From assembly GCA_041742355.1 (NCBI GenBank), contig JBGSIV010000243.1, forward strand, positions 1 through 16,057: DNA of 16,057 nucleotides. Direction: 5' to 3'. Both the position numbers and the translations under genes were made by a program. Positions 7,731 to 13,580 of this stretch are shown here, piece by piece. The stretch's first letter is position 1. Each line of letters starts with the position of its first letter. This DNA is from Candidatus Zixiibacteriota bacterium (GTDB taxonomy: Bacteria; Zixibacteria; MSB-5A5; GN15; FEB-12). The notes beneath the pieces are model-generated. The model was not told the DNA's origin. It worked only from the letters and a program-made list of their open reading frames with translations, and did not search any database.

Positions 7731-9122
7731 TTGATGCTGCCACAACCCGTTCAGAATTCACCGCAGTGGCGCGATTGTCTGCGGTACATTGCTCAGCGTG
7801 TGAATGAGCAATCGTTCAACACCTGGTTCAAGCCGACCAGGGGAGAATCGAACGGCAACGGCCAGTTCTACCTGGCAGTCCCGAACCAGTTTGTTGCAGA
7901 CTGGATCAAGGGGCATTTCAACGAGGTCATCGAGGAGGCATTCCACGAAGTCCTCGGCTGCACCTACCACGTCGAGTTCGTCATCGCGCAACAGCCGGAG
8001 GTGCAGGAGCAGACGGCCTTGCCATTGGAACCGCGCCTCCCCGGGGAGCGCGCGGTCGATTCGGACCGCCCGATCCGGCGTTCCGGCGGACGTCAGCACG
8101 AGCACAATCTCAACCGGAAGTATGATTTCGATTCGCTCGTGGTCGGCGACTTCAACCAGTTCGCGTTCGCGGCCGCACAGGCGGTGGCCGAAGCGCCCGG
8201 GCTCAACAAGTACAACCCGCTGTTCATCTACGGCGGCACGGGGCTGGGGAAGACGCACATCGCCCAGGCGATCGGCAACACCATCCTCGACACATTCCCG
8301 AACAAGCGCGTCTTCTACGCCACCAGCGAGAAGTTCACTTCGGACTTCATCGCGTCCATTTCCGATCGCACGATCGCGGATTTCACCAAGATCTACCGGC
8401 ATGTCGATGTGCTCCTTATCGACGACATCCAGTTCTTCTCCGGCAAGGAGTCGACCCAGGAGCAGTTTTTCCACACGTTCAACACGCTCCACCACCAGGG
8501 GAAGATGATCGTGCTGACCGCGGACCGTCCGCCGCGCGAGATCAAGGGCCTCGAGGAGCGTCTCCTGTCCCGCTTCCAGTGGGGATTGGTCGCCGACCTG
8601 CAGGCGTCCGACCTGGAGAACCGCACGGCTATCCTCTACAAAAAGCTGGAGACGGAAGGTTTGAACCTCCCGGATAACGTTATCCGCTACATCGCCGACC
8701 AGGTGCAGACCAATATCCGCGAGTTGGAGGGGGCGCTGATCCGTCTTCTGGCCTACGCCTCGCTGCGGCAGGAGGAGATCGACGTCAAGCTGGCGGAGAA
8801 GGTGCTCGGCGGGGCGATGTCCAAGAAACGCAAGCCGCTCGAGATCGACGCGATTCAGAAGAAGGCGGCCGAGTACTTCAATGTCGAGCCGCAGATGATG
8901 ACGGCCAAGAAAAAGACCGCCGAGGTGGTGCTGGCCCGTCAGGTCGCGATGTACCTGTCGCGCTCATTGACGAGCAATTCTCTGAAATCGATCGGGGCGG
9001 CTTTCGGCGGCCGGGATCATTCGACCGTCATCCACGCGTGCGATCTTATTTCCAAGAAGATGGCCAGCGAGCCGGATTTGCGGCATAAAATAGACCAGAT
9101 TTCAGCGTCGTTGCTCTATTAA
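7731..9122 (+). CDS. dnaA: Chromosomal replication initiator protein DnaA
   Basis: YNPLFIYGGTGLGKTH, LLIDDIQF, QEQFFHTFN, NIRELEGAL, GGRDHSTVIHA; SD GAGGGG 7716-7721; start TTG 7731 or ATG 7734. Confidence 0.99.
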   Translation: MMLPQPVQNSPQWRDCLRYIAQRVNEQSFNTWFKPTRGESNGNGQFYLAVPNQFVADWIKGHFNEVIEEAFHEVLGCTYHVEFVIAQQPEVQEQTALPLEPRLPGERAVDSDRPIRRSGGRQHEHNLNRKYDFDSLVVGDFNQFAFAAAQAVAEAPGLNKYNPLFIYGGTGLGKTHIAQAIGNTILDTFPNKRVFYATSEKFTSDFIASISDRTIADFTKIYRHVDVLLIDDIQFFSGKESTQEQFFHTFNTLHHQGKMIVLTADRPPREIKGLEERLLSRFQWGLVADLQASDLENRTAILYKKLETEGLNLPDNVIRYIADQVQTNIRELEGALIRLLAYASLRQEEIDVKLAEKVLGGAMSKKRKPLEIDAIQKKAAEYFNVEPQMMTAKKKTAEVVLARQVAMYLSRSLTSNSLKSIGAAFGGRDHSTVIHACDLISKKMASEPDLRHKIDQISASLLY

Positions 9123-9409
9123 CATTATGTGGAAGGTTGTTGTGAATCAGGTGGGGGAATCTGTCGGAGAGGTGAAGTGTGGAGATCGCGGGGGGATTGG
9201 GGTTAACTTGGCCGCCGCCGCTGGGGATAAAAAAGGAACCGTGGAAATTGATTAAATTGTTGCCATACAAAACGTACCGGACACATATTACCACCCGGAC
9301 GATTGTTGTACACAAGTTCACAGAGTTTATTAATGCTACCTGATATAGATCAGGTAGAAGAGTAATAGAGAACAGCGTGGAGAACTCTCTTTCGCAGGAG
9401 ACCTGATAG
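9123..9409. other. Replication origin (oriC) unwinding region between dnaA and dnaN
   Basis: AT-richer intergenic region with box-like 9-mers (TGTGGAAGG 9128, TGTGAATCA 9141, TGTGGAGAT 9178, TGGGGATAA 9222, CGTGGAAAT 9240, TTGTACACA 9306, AAGTTCACA 9314, CGTGGAGAA 9376) and trio-like TTA TTA ATG CTA at 9327-9338. Confidence 0.8.
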
Positions 9410-10522
9410 ATGAAATTCACACTCCCGAAATCCCGGTTGGGACAGTACCTGCAGTACATCCTTCAGGTAGTGCCATCGAAATCGACCCTGCCGATCCTGG
9501 CAAACATTCTGGTCGAGGCGCTGGAGAACAAGCTGAAGATCTCGGCAACTGATCTGGATATTTCGATCACAGCATCGATTGACTGCACGGTAGCCAAGAA
9601 GGGCGCCGCGGCGGTGCCGGCGCGGATCCTGTTTGAAATTATCAAGGAACTGCCCGAGTCCGAGATCACTGTCGAGACGGTCGGGTCGCGGGTGGAGATC
9701 AAGGTACCGAATGGCTCCTATAAGATTGCCTCGGTACCGCCGGAGGATTTCCCGAAACTGCCTGCGGTGAACACCAAAAAAGAGATTCGTATCGGCTCGG
9801 TGGAGCTGGTCAATATGATCCGCAAGACCACGTTTGCCTGCTCGGACGATGAGACGCGGCCGGCGCTCAACGGCGTGTTGTGGCAGACGAAGGGGGAGAA
9901 GATGCAGATGGTGGCGACCGACGGCCATCGGCTGGCGAAAATGGCGACCGAAAATAAGCGCCTCAAAGGAATGTACGAGGATGTGATCGTCCCGCCGAAG
10001 GTGCTCAACCTGATTCCGAAGTTCACGACCGGTGAGAACCAGGAGATCGGGATTATTTTCGGCGAGAGCAATATCATTTTCAACCTCGGCGACCTGGTGC
10101 TGATGTCGCGCCTGCTCGAGGGACCATACCCGAATTTCGAGCAGGTCATTCCCTCGCAGAGTGACAAGAAGCTGGTTGTCAGCAGAGAGGATCTGGCGGG
10201 GGCGGTGCGCCGCGTGTCGATTCTCTCGAACGCGCTGACCCACCAAGTGAAGTTTGCGCTGAGGGATAACAATCTGACCCTTTCGACAACCAACGCCGAT
10301 GTAGGCGGCGAAGGGAAAGAGGTTTTGGAGTGCGATTTCACCGGCGAGGCGATCGAGCTGGGGTACAACGCGAACTACATCACGGAGATCCTTACGAAGA
10401 TCGACAGCGAAGAAGTGGTCTTCGAGCTGTCGTCACCTGTATCGGCGGGCGTGCTCTACAGCCCGCAGGTGCCGAAAGAGGATTTCCTCTGCCTCGTCAT
10501 GCCGCTGCGACTGGCCGACTAA
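9410..10522 (+). CDS. dnaN: DNA polymerase III subunit beta (sliding clamp)
   Basis: 370 aa; STLPILANIL, ISATDLD, RPALNGV, VATDGHRLA, SRLLEGPYPNFEQVIP, LVMPLRL; SD AGGAG 9396-9400. Confidence 0.99.
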   Translation: MKFTLPKSRLGQYLQYILQVVPSKSTLPILANILVEALENKLKISATDLDISITASIDCTVAKKGAAAVPARILFEIIKELPESEITVETVGSRVEIKVPNGSYKIASVPPEDFPKLPAVNTKKEIRIGSVELVNMIRKTTFACSDDETRPALNGVLWQTKGEKMQMVATDGHRLAKMATENKRLKGMYEDVIVPPKVLNLIPKFTTGENQEIGIIFGESNIIFNLGDLVLMSRLLEGPYPNFEQVIPSQSDKKLVVSREDLAGAVRRVSILSNALTHQVKFALRDNNLTLSTTNADVGGEGKEVLECDFTGEAIELGYNANYITEILTKIDSEEVVFELSSPVSAGVLYSPQVPKEDFLCLVMPLRLAD

Positions 10523-10542
10523 CGATGCAATACAGGTATTGG

Positions 10543-10576
10543 AAATGGCAGACGGCGCTGTCTGCCATTTTTTATT
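10543..10576 (+). terminator. Intrinsic terminator-like hairpin between dnaN and recF
   Basis: AAATGGCAGAC-ggcgct-GTCTGCCATTT followed by TTTATT. Confidence 0.75.
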
Positions 10577-10581
10577 GATCC

Positions 10582-11670
10582 ATGCTGATTCACTCCCTGA
10601 AACTGGCCGGCTTTCGCAACTTCGCGCCGCTCGATGTCGAGTTCGGCGATCGGGTGAATATCCTCTACGGGGACAACGGATCAGGGAAGACCAACCTGAT
10701 CGAGGCGATTTTTGTGCTCTGCCTCGGACGGTCACACCGCGGAGTGGCCGACGCCGTGATGGTGCAAGACGGGCAGGATACCTACCGGATCGAGGGAGTG
10801 ATCCGTCAGAACGGGGAGCAGACCGAAAGCGCGGTGGCATACCAGCTCGGCGGGCGGAAAAAGATCACGGTGGACCAGGTTCCTATTCGGATAGGCGACC
10901 TGTATGAGCGGTACAGCGCGGTAAGCGCGGGCCCGGAGGATACGGAACTGCTGGCCGGTGCGCCGGGGGGGCGGCGAACGTTCCTGGACATTTACCTGTC
11001 GCAGTTTTCGCCGCGGTACCTTTCCTACCTCGTTGACTATAATCGGGCGCTGGCGCAGAAGAATGCGGCGTTGCGCAACGGCACGGCGCCGGAGGCCTTT
11101 AGTGATCTGCTGGTGCCGCTGGGTTCGTCGATCACTGCGTCGCGCGCGCGTTTCCTGGAGCGGCTGGGCCCGTTGGCGACAGGGCACTACGAGCGCATCG
11201 CCTCCGGGGGGCGATTTAATTTGTCGTACAAGGCGTCGAGCGCCGCCGTTACCCAGGATGCAGATACCAACGGGATCCGCGAGCAGTATGCCCGTAAGAT
11301 GGCCTCGTACGCCGAGCGGGAGCGGATCATGCAGGTGTCGTTGGTGGGGCCGCATCGGGACGATATCGGTTTCGAGATCAGCGGCTACCCGGCGCGGACG
11401 CATGCGTCGCAGGGGGAATTGCGGACGGCGGCAATCTGCCTTAAACTGGCGGTTTATCAACTGCTGACCGAGCAGCGCCAGGCGCGGCCGCTGCTTCTGC
11501 TGGACGAAATTTTCGCCGAGCTTGATGACAAGCGCATCGCCGCACTAATTGAGGCGCTGGCGGGTTTCGAGCAGTTGTTCCTGACGACCGCGTCGCACCC
11601 GCCCGAGACCTTGCGTGAACACAGCCGGCGGTTTGAAATCAGCCGGGGACGAATAGCGGGAGTGGAGTAA
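10582..11670 (+). CDS. recF: DNA replication and repair protein RecF
   Basis: FRNF, GDNGSGKTNLIEAI, RRTFLD, GPHRDD, ASQGE, PLLLLDEIFAELD. Confidence 0.97.
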   Translation: MLIHSLKLAGFRNFAPLDVEFGDRVNILYGDNGSGKTNLIEAIFVLCLGRSHRGVADAVMVQDGQDTYRIEGVIRQNGEQTESAVAYQLGGRKKITVDQVPIRIGDLYERYSAVSAGPEDTELLAGAPGGRRTFLDIYLSQFSPRYLSYLVDYNRALAQKNAALRNGTAPEAFSDLLVPLGSSITASRARFLERLGPLATGHYERIASGGRFNLSYKASSAAVTQDADTNGIREQYARKMASYAERERIMQVSLVGPHRDDIGFEISGYPARTHASQGELRTAAICLKLAVYQLLTEQRQARPLLLLDEIFAELDDKRIAALIEALAGFEQLFLTTASHPPETLREHSRRFEISRGRIAGVE

Positions 11671-12716
11671 TGCCGGGATTACGCCTGCGCGACATCTGGA
11701 AATCATTCGACGGCAAGCCGGTGCTGCAGGGGGTGAGTCTGGATCTGGCCGAGGGGGAGTTGCTGGTGCTCCTGGGACCGTCGGGCTGCGGCAAGTCAAC
11801 CATGTTGCGGCTGATTGCGGGACTGGAGCAACTGGACAAGGGGGAGATCTGGCTGGGGGATCGGCGGATCGATCCGCTGCAGCCGAAGGATCGGCATGTG
11901 GCGATGGTGTTCCAGAACTACTCCCTGTACCCGCACATGACGGTGGAGGAGAACCTGGCCTTCCCGCTCAAGGTCGCCCGGTATGCGCGGGTCGATCGGC
12001 ATCTGCTGGTGGCCCGGATCGCCGAGCTGCTCGGTCTGACCGACCGCCTGAAGCACAAGCCGGGGCAGCTCTCCGGCGGCCAGCGCCAGCGGGTGGCGCT
12101 CGGGCGGGCGATTATCCGGGAGCCATCCCTCTTTCTCCTCGATGAACCGTTGTCAAACCTCGATGCCGATTTGCGGGCGCGGATGCGGCTGGAGATTGTC
12201 AGCCTGCAGAAGCGGCTCAAAACGACGATGATCCATGTCACGCACGATCAAGCGGAGGCGCTCACTATGGCCGACCGTATCGGCTTGCTGAACGAAGGGC
12301 ATTTGATCCAGCTCGGCTCACCGCAGGAGTTGTACAACGATCCGGCCAACCTCTTTGCGGCCCGGTTCATCGGGTCGCCGCGGATCAATACCATTCCGGT
12401 GGGTGTCCACGAGGGGCGGCTGACGCCCCTGGATATGTCGCTGGGGCCGCTGGCCGCGACGCTCCCGCAGCGGGATCTGACTGCGGCGGTGCGTCCGGAA
12501 CGGATCAGGCTCGGGGCGGAGGGCAAGTACCAGGCCACGGTGGTGGGGACCGAGTACCTCGGAGATCAGTATGTCGTGACCATGGCGTACGGATCGACCA
12601 CGCTGACGGTATCGGGGGCGGAGGCTGAGTTTCGGCCGGGGAGCGTTGTCCGGTTCGATATTAACCCCGGCGATCTGCTCTTCTTTGAGCGCGAATCGGG
12701 CGACCGGGTGCGCTGA
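11670..12716 (+). CDS. MalK/UgpC/MsmX-family carbohydrate ABC transporter ATP-binding subunit
   Basis: GPSGCGKST, MVFQNYSLYPHMTV, LSGGQRQRVALGRA, FLLDEPLSNLD, VTHDQAEA, C-terminal VRPE/TOBE-like region; TAATG overlap with recF. Confidence 0.95.
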   Translation: MPGLRLRDIWKSFDGKPVLQGVSLDLAEGELLVLLGPSGCGKSTMLRLIAGLEQLDKGEIWLGDRRIDPLQPKDRHVAMVFQNYSLYPHMTVEENLAFPLKVARYARVDRHLLVARIAELLGLTDRLKHKPGQLSGGQRQRVALGRAIIREPSLFLLDEPLSNLDADLRARMRLEIVSLQKRLKTTMIHVTHDQAEALTMADRIGLLNEGHLIQLGSPQELYNDPANLFAARFIGSPRINTIPVGVHEGRLTPLDMSLGPLAATLPQRDLTAAVRPERIRLGAEGKYQATVVGTEYLGDQYVVTMAYGSTTLTVSGAEAEFRPGSVVRFDINPGDLLFFERESGDRVR

Positions 12717-12759
12717 CCCGTTCCCGTCCGCCACTGCCTGTTCGCTGTCTCCCTTTCAG

Positions 12760-12801
12760 TTGACTTAAGTCATGTTGCTCCGGCAGCGTTGGTTCGATAT
12801 T
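12760..12801 (+). promoter_or_regulatory. FNR/Crp-family-like site with class II promoter geometry
   Basis: TTGAC-TTAA-GTCAT (perfect 12-bp palindrome TGACTTAAGTCA, 12761-12772); placing its centre at -41.5 puts GATATT (12796-12801) at -12..-7. Confidence 0.55.
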
Positions 12802-12841
12802 GGTCGCAGTGACGATCAGTCGACAAACCAACGGAGGAACG

Positions 12842-13330
12842 ATGTTTAACGGCAACCAGGGTTGTCCCGGCAGCGCGGCCCGGCAGTTTCAGCCGGCGGC
12901 AGATTTGACTCAACCTGAGGCAAAAAATCAGGCGGCATCGCCATCGCAACTGGGCCAGTGGCCGGTGCAGTTGATGCTGGTGCCGACCCATGCGGCGTGG
13001 TTGACCGGGGCCGATCTGGCCATAACCGCCGACTGCGTGCCGTTTGCGTACGCCGACTTCCACAACAAGTTCCTGAAGGGGCGGCCGCTGGTGGTTGGGT
13101 GTCCCAAACTGGATAATCCGCACATCTATATAGAGAAGCTGGCCGAGATTTTCTCGCTGCATAACCTCAAGGGGGCTGAGGTGATCGTCATGGAGGTTCC
13201 CTGCTGCAGCGGCCTGGTGCAGATAGCGCTGGCGGCGCGGGAGCAGGCGGGCGTGAAGACCCCGATCCGGGTAACAACAATCGGCGTTCGGGGGGAATTG
13301 CTTGGGACACAGGAGATGCCGCTGACCTGA
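12842..13330 (+). CDS. Cys-rich putative iron-sulfur protein (stand-alone form of a domain usually C-terminal to 4Fe-4S ferredoxin repeats)
   Basis: SD GGAGG then ATG 12842; GCPGS, SQLGQWPVQL, ADCVPFAY..FH, GCPKLD, MEVPCCSGL. Confidence 0.8.
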   Translation: MFNGNQGCPGSAARQFQPAADLTQPEAKNQAASPSQLGQWPVQLMLVPTHAAWLTGADLAITADCVPFAYADFHNKFLKGRPLVVGCPKLDNPHIYIEKLAEIFSLHNLKGAEVIVMEVPCCSGLVQIALAAREQAGVKTPIRVTTIGVRGELLGTQEMPLT

Positions 13331-13350
13331 TCCCGGGGTATACCGGGTAG

Positions 13351-13540
13351 CGTATTGTAACCGCGTACGCGGTGTGCGGAGATTTCTTACGGTAAATCTG
13401 GCCAAGCGTTGAGAGATTTCGGAACCGATGGACGGGCCGGGTGTGTAATTCCTGAAGAGACGCAGACGAAAAATTGATTTTCCTCCCTTTGCGTTCGTGC
13501 AATACGAAGCGCCGGGTCGCCCGACCCGGCGCTTTTTTTT
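13351..13540 (+). ncRNA. Candidate structured RNA or structured 3' UTR of unknown family
   Basis: Nested complementary segments, most containing G-U wobbles on the + strand, closing immediately before a strong terminator; no convincing ORF. Confidence 0.35.
13507..13540 (+). terminator. Strong intrinsic terminator (possibly weakly bidirectional)
   Basis: AAGCGCCGGGTC-gccc-GACCCGGCGCTT with an 8-T run at 13533-13540, between convergent genes. Confidence 0.9.
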
Positions 13541-13580
13541 GAGCAGCTTCCTGTCCGGCGAGAGCGCCGGAGCATACCGT

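Noticed and set aside
8467..8475. Perfect TTTTCCACA DnaA box inside dnaA
   Set aside because: Explained by codons of the conserved FFHT motif; function cannot be inferred.
13399..13413. sigma54-like TGGC...TTG
   Set aside because: No GC at the required GG-N10-GC spacing.
13554..13571. Hairpin TCCGGCG-agag-CGCCGGA after the M1-like stop as a terminator
   Set aside because: No U-tract on either strand; at most a 3' stabilising stem.
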